DNA from: Elusimicrobiota bacterium
Lineage (GTDB): Bacteria > Elusimicrobiota > Elusimicrobia > Elusimicrobiales > UBA9959
Assembly: GCA_030637365.1 (NCBI GenBank)
Contig: DAOWGR010000088.1
Span: 1-33,467, forward strand
DNA: 33,467 nucleotides
Direction of reading: 5' to 3'
The position numbers and the translations under genes were made by a program. Shown here one piece after another: positions 8,828 through 18,122 of the stretch; position 1 is the stretch's first letter; the number at the start of each line of letters is the position of its first letter. The notes beneath the pieces were generated by a model that worked only from the letters and a program-made list of their open reading frames with translations, ran no database searches and was not told where the DNA came from.

Positions 8828-11800
8828 TTAGAATTGAAATGTGACTGAGCTTCCGATTTGATATGAAAAATATTCCTCTTGTTTAAGGTGTTTATGCCAT
8901 AGTCTTTGAACAGAGGCGTTTAACGCGATTCTAAGATTTTTTGTGGCTTCATAATCGCTGTTTGTATTTAAAGAAAATAATCTTGAATTTTCGGCTATGG
9001 TGATGGGGGATTTTTTGATGGCATAGCTTAATGTGGTGGTCCAAACTATTCTATTGGTAAAAGCCACAATATTTTTCATAAAAGGCAATCTGAGCCCTTT
9101 GGGAATTTTAAAGTCCGAACGCATAAGCAAGCTTGGCGTTAAGGACATGCTGTCTTGAGTGGCGACTCCCAATCCGCTTTCGGTAAAATCCGAAGTATAA
9201 TCCACTTTAGGCGTAAATCTGAATTTGTTTATATCAAATGTTCCCTGAATGGTGGCGTCATTATGTCTGGTATTGCTTACTTTTTGGTTTATGCGCAGAT
9301 CTTTTTTTTCGGAAAGCCGCAAATTATAGCTTATGGCCGCGTCTAAAAAGTCGAAAAATTTAAATCTTAAATCCGTTCCGTAACTGGAGCTTTGTTCAAT
9401 ATCCACCGCTATGTTTTCTTTCGTGTTTTTTGAAAATTTAAAATTTAATGTCGCGTTTTTTGCCCATTTTTCCGTTTTTGTCAGTATTTCAAGCTTGCTC
9501 ATGGAAAACAATATGTCCGGAAAAGTTCTGCTTATGGTTTTGCTTTTGGTTTGGGTTATTTCGGAGCGCTGCACGGTATTTGTAAAATTATTGGTCAAAG
9601 ATATGGTTGAAAAAGGCGCGTATCGCCCTTTTAAGTTATAACCTTCAAACGGCTGCCATCTCTGTGTTGAATTATAAGTGTCTCTTACGGTCAGAGAGTT
9701 TTGCTGAGCTACTGAATTTTCAGGTTTCAGGTCGCGCCTTATCCAGAGATCCTTTTTGGAGTTGTAGCTTTTTTCCACATAGTCCCATGAATCTCCGTCT
9801 TGCAATTGATAATTGGAGGAAATTACCATGGACCTCAAAAGCCTGTTTCGCGGCATTAATTTATTCATATTGAGCGATAGGCTTAGAGCTCCTTGAGAGG
9901 TTCTTCTTATTGTTTTAATTTCACCGGTATCAAATGTGGTGGATGATTGAAGAACGGTTACCGTGGTTACGGACAGATTATTGTTTTCCATCGTGTTAAT
10001 GGAATAATTAAGGCTGGGATTCAGCCAATCAAAAAATCTAAAATTTGAATTAAACCCTGCTGTTTGCTGAAGAGATTTGGGATATTTTAAAGAATTCGCG
10101 GTATTTGATAAATTGAAACGGTCTTCTTTTACTTTTTTTAAATCGTAAGAGGGATTAAATGAAGATCCTTTCCACGGAATAAATGTAAGTTTCGCGCCGT
10201 AATTTCGGCTCACTTCATCAGTATTATAAAGATTTGACAAATCACTTAATTTAGCCGCGTTGTAATTTACTTGGGTTTCATTGATGCCGTAGTTTAAAAC
10301 AACGGTTCTTGGAATTATAAAAAAGTTGAAAGGCGCGCTATAGTTTAAACTGCCGGAATAGGCGTTGTTTTCATCATGCCTTTTAGCCAGATCATATTCC
10401 GTTTTATTTCGCGAATAATTGAGGCCTATTTGCGGAAGTTTGCCAAAGTTGAAATTGCCGCTCGCCGATGTGTTCTGTTTTTTCACCTTTCCCTGCTGAA
10501 GTGAATTAACAAGGTTGTTATTTCCCGTTATAAGTGTATTGGGGGTATCTGTTATTTGATTTGAAACATTTACATTTATCGGGAAAAAACGAAGTTTGGT
10601 AAAGTTTAAATAGCCCGTATTAAGTTCATTATCCTGATTTGAAATGGCTGAAACCGGAGTCTGGAAATTTTTATCCACAAGCCTGTGTTTTCCGCCGAAA
10701 CTCATCCATCCGGGAATATCAAAATTTCCTTCAATTTTTTTCGCGGTTCCCGTTTTTTTCAAAGGTACAGCCAAGTGTATTTCATTAATATAAACCGTTC
10801 CGCTGTAAGTATTTGAATCCGCCGTTTCAATACCCACGGATATCATTGGCACCTGTTGGAGGCTTAAGAGCCCTTTGGATGATACGCTTATATCATAATT
10901 TGATTCGTTTTCGCTCCAAACATCGGGTATATTGTCGCCGTTTATATCTTCCTGCTTAAGCGTAATAAGCCGCCAGCCAGTGAAAGAGTTTAAAGATACG
11001 GAAACCTTTTGATAATTATTATCATCTCCGAGTTTAAGATAAAAATTCGTGTTGGAGGTCGCGCTGCTGTATAAAAGAAACTTAAATTCCTCGTGTTGGG
11101 CGATATTAATCGCTCTGGCGTATTTTCGGTAAACATAAACGGTTGATGAGGAGGATATATTTGAATAATTGAATGAAAGAGACTGTTCTATCAGATTTTC
11201 GGAATTTGTTTCTTTTTGCTGCTTGGCCGCCGAGCCGTAAAGGTCGTTGTAAACAGCGGTGGCGTCTCCTCCCGCGTCATATATGGGCGTATAGCCCGGA
11301 TTATCAACATTGTTTACGGCCAAAACTTCCATAGTTCCGCTATGCGTGCTTTGGCTTATGTTCCAGGTATTGCCCACGACTGATATTCTGGCTATTTTAA
11401 TTGTGCCGGTGGAAGTTCCGCCGGGCGTTTGTTTTAATGATATTCGGATTTGTTTTATGGCATTCCATTTGTATGTGTCGCTTGATGTTATATGGAGAGA
11501 TGTGTAAAGAGTATGCCAGCCGCTAAAATCTATATTGTTTTTTGTATTTAGACTGTCATCATTGTCTATAAAAAGCGAACTGTTGACATAACCGAAGTCT
11601 CCGCCGGTATAATCTTGGGGATCCAGGCGGCCGTTCCTGTTTAAGTCCGCGGAATCCAGGCGGCCGTTATCTTCGCCATAGCGCTTCCAATGGTCATCGT
11701 GCGGCTTGTAAAGCCAGCCTATATCTTCATCATTTGAAAGTTGTCCGTCGCAATTTAAATCTTCGCTTTTGGGCGCGCCGTGAATATCTATTCCGTTTGA

Positions 11801-14206
11801 ACAGTTAAAAGACTGTCCGCTTTTTCCGTCCGCGTCTTCGCTGATTTGGCCGAGATGAAAATTTATTTGAGGGCCGGGAATTCCAATTGAGTTTTCTCCG
11901 TAAGCTACAAATTCAAAAGTGTTTTTTTGAGAAAAATCAAGGCCCGTATTGGAAAAAGGATACACTATTGATATTTCCGGCGATATGTTGAAATCATAAT
12001 TAACGGTCAATACCTGCTGGTCTCCCTCGCTTGTTGACGCGGAATTTATTGTTTTGGATTTAATATCTTCGCTTGCCCACGCTAAAGCCGAGGGATACGC
12101 GGGATTTTCCGTCGGGTTTGCGGCTATATGCCAGAAATTATGGTCCAAAGAAGGAGTGTCGTCCTGTTTAACGCCTTCCATATTGTCTATAAGAGCGAAA
12201 TCATTCAGATTGGGTTTGACTATTGATTGGGCGGCTTCCGCCTGTAAATTGGCTTTGATGCCGAGCAGATTCAGATTTTTCAGCTGCGCGTCCCCTTCAT
12301 AAACAAGCATGCTGTTTGTTAAATCGGTTATGTTCGGCACGGTATTTGTTTTCATGCCGCCCTGATACAGCAGAGAACTGCCGAATGATAAATGGGAGCT
12401 TAAATCATAAGAAACTCTTCCGCCGATAAGTGAAAGACTGCCTGCGCCTCCGAAAGGAGCGACTTCATAAGTAATGGTAATGGCGCTGTCCGATTTTATT
12501 TTGTCGGGATGATAAAAAGTTATGAATCCCGAATCATAATCTATAAAATAAGATTCATTGCGCCTGAGTTTTACTTTGTCAATTGTCACGAAATCCGAAT
12601 GGGTGACAATATTGGGCTCAAGCATAAATGTTTTAAAACGATGATAATATTCCACTCTTATCAGGCGTTTTGACACGGGCGAAGGCGCGTAAATCTGCGT
12701 GTCGGGCTCGGTGGAATTATCAAGCGTGAATTGTTTGTCAAGATAAAATATGCCTTGTTCAAAATCCACATGAATGGTTTCGGGGTAAGTTTGTTGGGGC
12801 GATAAGCCGCTTCCCACATTATTCCTGGTTAAGTCCTGAACTTTTAATGAAAAACTGCCTCTGCCGTCGTCGCGGACAATATTCATCTGCCCTATGGAAT
12901 AATAGGTTTTTAACTCTCTTTGCCAGCCAGTCTCCGAATTGTTGTTTATGTAAATATCGTTTTGCGTTTTTATAAGTTTGAAATTTCCGCTTCCGCCCGA
13001 GCCGGTATTCGCCGATGACGGATTTTCCGAAAGTTTGAATCCGCTTGAATTTTTAAAATCAATGATTATCACTTCCTGCGAATCTAAAGCTCTGTTAAAA
13101 GTCAGTATGCCTTTGATATAGTCGATATTATAATCCAAGCCGGGATTTAATCGTTCAAATTTGCCGGTATAGGTGGAAGTCTGGACATCAAGGTCATCGG
13201 CTGTCATATTAAAAATCGTTATGCCGTCGGCGACGGCTTGCTGTTGCTTGTCTATATAAATTGCTTCGCTGTTTGGCTCCAAAGGAAGGCGCGCCGGATT
13301 TCCGAAAGTTAAATCATAATATTTTCTTCTCAGATAGCTTATATCGGAAATGTCCGTGGCTTGAAATTGCGTATTGCCCGTGAATTGTTTTGTTTTTGTC
13401 TGGCCTTTCGTGCGGCTGCCTATGAAAGTAAAACTGAATTTTTTGGTTTTTAAATCCGCTCTTATTCCAAAGAGCTGCTTATTATACGATACGAATTCGG
13501 TTGAGGGCAGAGACAGGTTAATATCGCCGAAAGCGATGTTTTGCACCACTTCTTGGGGGTCTCCTCTATATACCACGGAAATATCCTGTCTGTCTTCTTT
13601 TGTGTCGTCATAGTCCACATTCACATTTATTTTATTTCCGACTTTGCCCTGCATGCGCACCTGAAGCTGTTGATTGATTTCAAAAAGGCCGGATGATTTC
13701 GGGCGGGTAACGGTTTTTTGCTCATTTAAATATTTTTTTCCGGAATAATTGAAGCTTATTATTTTTCTTCCGGTAACCGATAAAGAGGTTCCATAAGATG
13801 TAAATTCCACTTCCGGCGCGGGAAGCGCGGGAATATTTGTTGAGATCGCCACATAAATCGGCGCCGGCGCAATAGCTTTTTCAAATTGTCCGGTTTCAAT
13901 TTTTTCACGGACTTTATTCCATGAGCTTGGAGAATAATTTGAAATCGGCAATTCTTCAAAAATTATTTCAGGGTCGGCTTGAGGAGTCGTGGATTTTTTT
14001 ATTTCAGTTTTTAAAATGGCGGCCGAATCCGGCCTTTCAAGAAGCATGAATCTTGAAGACGGCTCCGGCGTTGGAGCTATGTAATCTTCGCTTTGGCCGT
14101 CTGATGGACATAGCCCATTGTTACGGCATCCGACATAGTCTTGAGAATACGCTCGCGCGCTTGCGAGGTTCAATAATATTAAAAATATATATATCAATTT
14201 ATACAT
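8828..14206 (-). CDS. Giant outer-membrane beta-barrel protein, SprA/Sov (T9SS translocon)-like
   Basis: Signal peptide. The segment QQLQVRMQGKVGNKINVNVDYD...VVQNIAFGDINLSLP...QLFGIRADL resembles the SprA N-terminal region as I recall it. Also DxNxxG loops, a long amphipathic beta-strand C-terminal half, and a terminal Phe (VTFQF). Likely start is ATG 14206. Confidence 0.72.
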   Translation of the reverse strand: MYKLIYIFLILLNLASARAYSQDYVGCRNNGLCPSDGQSEDYIAPTPEPSSRFMLLERPDSAAILKTEIKKSTTPQADPEIIFEELPISNYSPSSWNKVREKIETGQFEKAIAPAPIYVAISTNIPALPAPEVEFTSYGTSLSVTGRKIISFNYSGKKYLNEQKTVTRPKSSGLFEINQQLQVRMQGKVGNKINVNVDYDDTKEDRQDISVVYRGDPQEVVQNIAFGDINLSLPSTEFVSYNKQLFGIRADLKTKKFSFTFIGSRTKGQTKTKQFTGNTQFQATDISDISYLRRKYYDLTFGNPARLPLEPNSEAIYIDKQQQAVADGITIFNMTADDLDVQTSTYTGKFERLNPGLDYNIDYIKGILTFNRALDSQEVIIIDFKNSSGFKLSENPSSANTGSGGSGNFKLIKTQNDIYINNNSETGWQRELKTYYSIGQMNIVRDDGRGSFSLKVQDLTRNNVGSGLSPQQTYPETIHVDFEQGIFYLDKQFTLDNSTEPDTQIYAPSPVSKRLIRVEYYHRFKTFMLEPNIVTHSDFVTIDKVKLRRNESYFIDYDSGFITFYHPDKIKSDSAITITYEVAPFGGAGSLSLIGGRVSYDLSSHLSFGSSLLYQGGMKTNTVPNITDLTNSMLVYEGDAQLKNLNLLGIKANLQAEAAQSIVKPNLNDFALIDNMEGVKQDDTPSLDHNFWHIAANPTENPAYPSALAWASEDIKSKTINSASTSEGDQQVLTVNYDFNISPEISIVYPFSNTGLDFSQKNTFEFVAYGENSIGIPGPQINFHLGQISEDADGKSGQSFNCSNGIDIHGAPKSEDLNCDGQLSNDEDIGWLYKPHDDHWKRYGEDNGRLDSADLNRNGRLDPQDYTGGDFGYVNSSLFIDNDDSLNTKNNIDFSGWHTLYTSLHITSSDTYKWNAIKQIRISLKQTPGGTSTGTIKIARISVVGNTWNISQSTHSGTMEVLAVNNVDNPGYTPIYDAGGDATAVYNDLYGSAAKQQKETNSENLIEQSLSFNYSNISSSSTVYVYRKYARAINIAQHEEFKFLLYSSATSNTNFYLKLGDDNNYQKVSVSLNSFTGWRLITLKQEDINGDNIPDVWSENESNYDISVSSKGLLSLQQVPMISVGIETADSNTYSGTVYINEIHLAVPLKKTGTAKKIEGNFDIPGWMSFGGKHRLVDKNFQTPVSAISNQDNELNTGYLNFTKLRFFPINVNVSNQITDTPNTLITGNNNLVNSLQQGKVKKQNTSASGNFNFGKLPQIGLNYSRNKTEYDLAKRHDENNAYSGSLNYSAPFNFFIIPRTVVLNYGINETQVNYNAAKLSDLSNLYNTDEVSRNYGAKLTFIPWKGSSFNPSYDLKKVKEDRFNLSNTANSLKYPKSLQQTAGFNSNFRFFDWLNPSLNYSINTMENNNLSVTTVTVLQSSTTFDTGEIKTIRRTSQGALSLSLNMNKLMPRNRLLRSMVISSNYQLQDGDSWDYVEKSYNSKKDLWIRRDLKPENSVAQQNSLTVRDTYNSTQRWQPFEGYNLKGRYAPFSTISLTNNFTNTVQRSEITQTKSKTISRTFPDILFSMSKLEILTKTEKWAKNATLNFKFSKNTKENIAVDIEQSSSYGTDLRFKFFDFLDAAISYNLRLSEKKDLRINQKVSNTRHNDATIQGTFDINKFRFTPKVDYTSDFTESGLGVATQDSMSLTPSLLMRSDFKIPKGLRLPFMKNIVAFTNRIVWTTTLSYAIKKSPITIAENSRLFSLNTNSDYEATKNLRIALNASVQRLWHKHLKQEEYFSYQIGSSVTFQF

Positions 14207-14264
14207 TAATTTATATTTAACAGACCCATCATTCAATAATCCAATATATGATAGAATAATTTAA

Positions 14265-15380
14265 ATGCGAATTCCTATCTTTCAGAGGTATATTTTAAAG
14301 GTTTTCATTCCTTTTTTTCTGCTTTCAACCTTTCTTTTTACCGCTTTGTTCATGATGGTTAACTTTATGCAGATTATTCATCGCGGCATATTAAGCGGTT
14401 TTTCATTTTATTTTCTTTTTAAAACGCTTGTTTTTCTCATTCCAAATATTTTCTCCATGGTGCTGCCGCTGGCGTTTTTAATGGCCACTTTGCTGAGTTT
14501 GGGGCAATTATCCGGCGATGGGGAAATTATGGCCATGCGCGCGGGAGGGTATTCATTTAAAGAAATTTTGACATCTCTTTTAGCGAGTTCTCTTGTTGTC
14601 GTTTTTTTGCTTGTTTTTATAACTAATTGGTTCGGACCGCTATCTCTCAAAAAATCCAATGATTATGTTCTGGCGATGGTAAATAAAATCACCAAATTGG
14701 AGCTGCGCGCCCAAACATTTCAGAAAATATCGGATTGGGAGATATATTCGGACGAGGTTGATAATAAGGCGCAAAAGCTTTTAAATGTTAAATTATCCAG
14801 AACATTTAAAAAATCCGATAATAATTCTTTATGGTTGTTAAAAATTGACGCGAAAGAAGGCAGTTATAGGATTATTAAAGAAAAGGGCTTATTGATGAAA
14901 TTTGGAAACGGCAGGTTTAATCAGGTTGATTTTAAGAATAATGAAACGCTGGTGCACGGAACTTTTAAAGCCTATGAAACGCTTATTCCTTTTTTTTCAA
15001 AAAGCACTTTGAACAGAAAACTTTATCCAAAAGAAATGCAAAGTTTTGAGCTTCTTGATAAGATTAAAGCCAATGCCTTAAGTCAAAGCATGCTTATGAA
15101 ATACAAGGTTGATTTTATCACAAGATTCACAATGGTTTTGTCTCCCGTCATATTTTTTTTAATAGGCGCGCCTCTGGGGCTTTTGCTTGAAAAAAAAGGG
15201 AAGGCGATGGGTTTTTCTTTAACTTTATTGATAATTTTCATTTATTACGGCATTAGCGTAATATCCATGGCGCTCGCGAAAAAACACGGAATATTTTTTC
15301 CTTGGATATTATATGTTCCTCCTATTTTGGGTTTCGCGGCGGGAGCTTATATTTGGAGGGCGAAGCTGTATTTAAAGTAG
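14265..15380 (+). CDS. lptF: LPS export ABC transporter permease, LptF/LptG family (LptF position)
   Basis: IFQRYI start, LPLAFLMATLLSLGQLSGDGEIMAMRAGG, periplasmic beta-rich region, three C-terminal TMs. Confidence 0.82.
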   Translation: MRIPIFQRYILKVFIPFFLLSTFLFTALFMMVNFMQIIHRGILSGFSFYFLFKTLVFLIPNIFSMVLPLAFLMATLLSLGQLSGDGEIMAMRAGGYSFKEILTSLLASSLVVVFLLVFITNWFGPLSLKKSNDYVLAMVNKITKLELRAQTFQKISDWEIYSDEVDNKAQKLLNVKLSRTFKKSDNNSLWLLKIDAKEGSYRIIKEKGLLMKFGNGRFNQVDFKNNETLVHGTFKAYETLIPFFSKSTLNRKLYPKEMQSFELLDKIKANALSQSMLMKYKVDFITRFTMVLSPVIFFLIGAPLGLLLEKKGKAMGFSLTLLIIFIYYGISVISMALAKKHGIFFPWILYVPPILGFAAGAYIWRAKLYLK

Positions 15381-15382
15381 CC

Positions 15383-15613
15383 GCAGAGCGGAGCTCTGCT
15401 TAAAGAAGCAAGAGGCACCCTTAGGAATCTGGTCGTTCACATAGTTTGCGACACTTGATGAAGCATAGCTTCCATGTTCCGAAAGATTCCAAGGCTATGC
15501 CAGGTGCCGTGACGCGGACTATGTCCATCCCGCCATTACTGCTTCGGCGGGCAAGGCAGACGGGGCCGAGGCTATGCTCCACGGGACCATGGGCTTGTCC
15601 CGTGGTCTCATGG
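15383..15613 (+). other. GC-rich, highly structured spacer between lptF and lptG (candidate cis-acting RNA or composite palindromic element)
   Basis: Multiple stems, several mutually exclusive, with G-U pairs favouring the plus strand (see findings). Confidence 0.5.
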
Positions 15614-15650
15614 TAAACTCTGAACTTTAAACTGATATTGATAGGAGAAT

Positions 15651-16736
15651 ATGAGCAAAATTTTTCCAAAATATATAGCGGCGTCTTTTTTTGGGCCTTT
15701 TTTCTTCGGCCTTGGAATATTTACCGCTTTGATTTTTTTTGGCACGCTTTTTGATAAATTGAACATATTCATGCGCGCGGGATCAAACTTAAGTTTATTT
15801 GTGAAATATCTTTTATGCCAATTGCCATATTACGCGGCGCAGGTTATTCCCATGGCAACGCTTTTGGCTGTTTTATTCGCGCTTGGAGACTTTATCAAAA
15901 GGGGAGAATGGAAGGCCGGGCAAGCCGGCGGGTACAGGCCGCTAACCATGATAATGCCGCTTTTGCTTTGTTCTTTGATAGTGGCTGTTTTTCATTTCGC
16001 GCTTATAGAATTTGTTTCTCCCGTTTTATACATGAAATCCCAAAGGATTTATCATTCAGAGTTAAAGGGAAAAAAAGACTGGGGAAATATGGCGCGCAAA
16101 AATGTGTCTTTTTTTGCCGGTGAAGGAACTTTTATTTCAGCCAATGTTTTTAACGGTAAAACCCGGAGTATGGAAAAAGCTGTGGTTGATATTTATAAAG
16201 ACGGAGAGATGTCTGTTGAAATATCGGCGAAAAGAGCGTATTGGGACAAAGAAAGCGCGAGGTGGATATTTTTAAACGGAGCGCTTACAAAATATGATGA
16301 TGACAGGCCTTTGACCAAAAGCTTTGATGTGTATAAATCGGAATTTTTAATTCATCCTGAAAAACTGGTTTTCAAGGAGCTTGTAGCGGATGGAATTTCA
16401 ATAAGAAAACTTTTAAATAGAATTGATAAACTGCGCTTTATCGGTTCCAGTATTATAGCTGAAAAAACTCTTCTTTATTATAAGCTGGCTTTTACTCTTT
16501 CAAATTTTGTCATGGCCATGATAGGCATTGTGGTTATACTTTTCTTTAACAGAGTAAATAATATGTTCAATATCGGTATTGCCATTTCGTTGGGATTTCT
16601 TTTATGGGCTTTTATGACAATTTCTTCATCAGCCGGAGTGTCTGAAGTTCTTTCGCCGGTTTGGGCCGGGTTCGGGCCGCTTGTGTTGTTTTTTCTGATA
16701 GCTCTGTTCGGAATGAGAAAAGCGAAAATAATATAA
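15651..16736 (+). CDS. lptG: LPS export ABC transporter permease, LptF/LptG family (LptG position)
   Basis: PMATLLAVLFALGDFIKRGEWKA, ISAKRAYWD...WIFLNG, C-terminal TMs. AGGAGA precedes the ATG. Confidence 0.82.
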   Translation: MSKIFPKYIAASFFGPFFFGLGIFTALIFFGTLFDKLNIFMRAGSNLSLFVKYLLCQLPYYAAQVIPMATLLAVLFALGDFIKRGEWKAGQAGGYRPLTMIMPLLLCSLIVAVFHFALIEFVSPVLYMKSQRIYHSELKGKKDWGNMARKNVSFFAGEGTFISANVFNGKTRSMEKAVVDIYKDGEMSVEISAKRAYWDKESARWIFLNGALTKYDDDRPLTKSFDVYKSEFLIHPEKLVFKELVADGISIRKLLNRIDKLRFIGSSIIAEKTLLYYKLAFTLSNFVMAMIGIVVILFFNRVNNMFNIGIAISLGFLLWAFMTISSSAGVSEVLSPVWAGFGPLVLFFLIALFGMRKAKII

Positions 16737-16816
16737 ATAAATAGTAATCAGAGAGTGGAAAGCAGTGAGTAGTTAACGGCATGGCAATGCGACTGCTATG
16801 GGCAAAAGAGGGAATT

Positions 16817-17488
16817 ATGTCTAAAAAAACAATAAAAGAATTGAATAAAATTGAAAGGCCGCGCGAAAGGCTTATGCGTTATGGCGCGGGGAAATTGTCA
16901 AACGCGGAATTATTATCCATTCTTTTGAGAACCGGCAGAAAAGGGCAGAATGTTTTGGAGATTTCCAAAAAAATATTAAAAAAATCCGGTGAAAAAAATT
17001 TCGGCGACATTAAATTTGAAGAGCTGAAAAAATATCCAGGTCTCGGACCCGTCAAAGCTTGCGAAATTATCGCTTGTTTTGAGCTTGGCAGGAGATTTCT
17101 TAAAGGCAAAAAATTGAATGTGTATTTAAGCCCTGAAGATGTATGGGCCGAACTTAAAGACATTCGGGAAAATAAAAAAGAGCATTTTATCGTTTTTTAT
17201 CTGGATACCGGAAATCAGGAAATAAAACGCGAAATAATATCGGTGGGCACGCTTAATTACAATATAGTCCATCCGAGGGAAGTTTTTGAGTCCGCTGTGA
17301 AAAATCTTGCCGCCGGCATAATTCTCGCTCATAATCATCCGTCAGGCTCTCTTGAACCGTCGCCGGAAGATTTAAGCTTAAACAAGAGGCTTGTGGAAGC
17401 CGGCAAAATACTCGGCATACAAGTTTTAGACCATATAATAGTCACTCAAACCGGTTTTTCAAGCTTTAAAGAAAAAGGATTAATGTGA
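16817..17488 (+). CDS. radC: RadC family JAB-domain protein
   Basis: RPRERL, LSNAELLSILLRTG, VHPREVF, AHNHPSG, LDHII. ATG 16817 follows GAGGG. Confidence 0.93.
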   Translation: MSKKTIKELNKIERPRERLMRYGAGKLSNAELLSILLRTGRKGQNVLEISKKILKKSGEKNFGDIKFEELKKYPGLGPVKACEIIACFELGRRFLKGKKLNVYLSPEDVWAELKDIRENKKEHFIVFYLDTGNQEIKREIISVGTLNYNIVHPREVFESAVKNLAAGIILAHNHPSGSLEPSPEDLSLNKRLVEAGKILGIQVLDHIIVTQTGFSSFKEKGLM

Positions 17489-17575
17489 AAATTAGGAAAT
17501 AGCCGCTTTATTTACGGCCAGATATATTTTTCTATAAATTTGTTTGTTTAATGTTTTTTAAAATTGGATGACATT

Positions 17576-18073
17576 ATGATGAAAGCGATAAAGGGTGATA
17601 TAACAAAACTTAAGGCTGACGCGATTGTGAATGCCGCCAATTCCACTTTGCTTGGAGGAGGAGGCGTTGACGGGGCGATACATCGCAAGGCCGGGCCTGA
17701 TTTATTGGCTGAATGCCGCCTTTTAAACGGCTGCAAAACAGGTGAAGCGAAACTTACCAAGGGATATGATTTGCCGGCAAAATATATTATTCATACAGTC
17801 GGCCCCGTATGGCATGGCGGCAATCGCAATGAAGCGGAACTTTTGCGGAAATGCTATTTAAATACGCTTGATATGGCGAAAGAGAAAGGTTTTAAATCAA
17901 TCGCGTTTCCATGTATCAGTACCGGTATTTACCATTATCCTGCCGAAAAATCCGCCAAAATAGCTATTGAGACTGTTAGGGAATATTTGGAAAAGGAGGA
18001 TTATAATTGCGAAGTTATTTTCTGCTGTTTTTCCGAAAACGATCTTAAACTTTATCAAAGCATACTTGATTAA
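17576..18073 (+). CDS. ymdB: Macro-domain O-acetyl-ADP-ribose deacetylase
   Basis: GDIT, AIVNAAN, GGGGVDGAIH, IHTVGP, AFPCISTGIY. Start could be 17576 or 17579. Confidence 0.88.
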   Translation: MMKAIKGDITKLKADAIVNAANSTLLGGGGVDGAIHRKAGPDLLAECRLLNGCKTGEAKLTKGYDLPAKYIIHTVGPVWHGGNRNEAELLRKCYLNTLDMAKEKGFKSIAFPCISTGIYHYPAEKSAKIAIETVREYLEKEDYNCEVIFCCFSENDLKLYQSILD

Positions 18074-18122
18074 AAAGGCGTTTATTGCTTTTTGGGCATA
18101 TTGACTTTAGTATAATCTTCAA

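Noticed and set aside
15455-15490. Hammerhead ribozyme core (ttgatga...gaaa)
   Set aside because: The core reads TTGATGA rather than CTGATGA, and I could not build stems II and III with the right geometry.
15421-15669. 82-aa minus-strand ORF in the lptF-lptG spacer
   Set aside because: Antisense to the operon, overlaps the lptG start, has no recognisable motif, and is explained by GC-rich palindromic sequence.
16817-17488. radC as a marker of a mobile element or island
   Set aside because: This is the full-length chromosomal type with the N-terminal HhH-like region; no integrase, transposase or att sites are evident.
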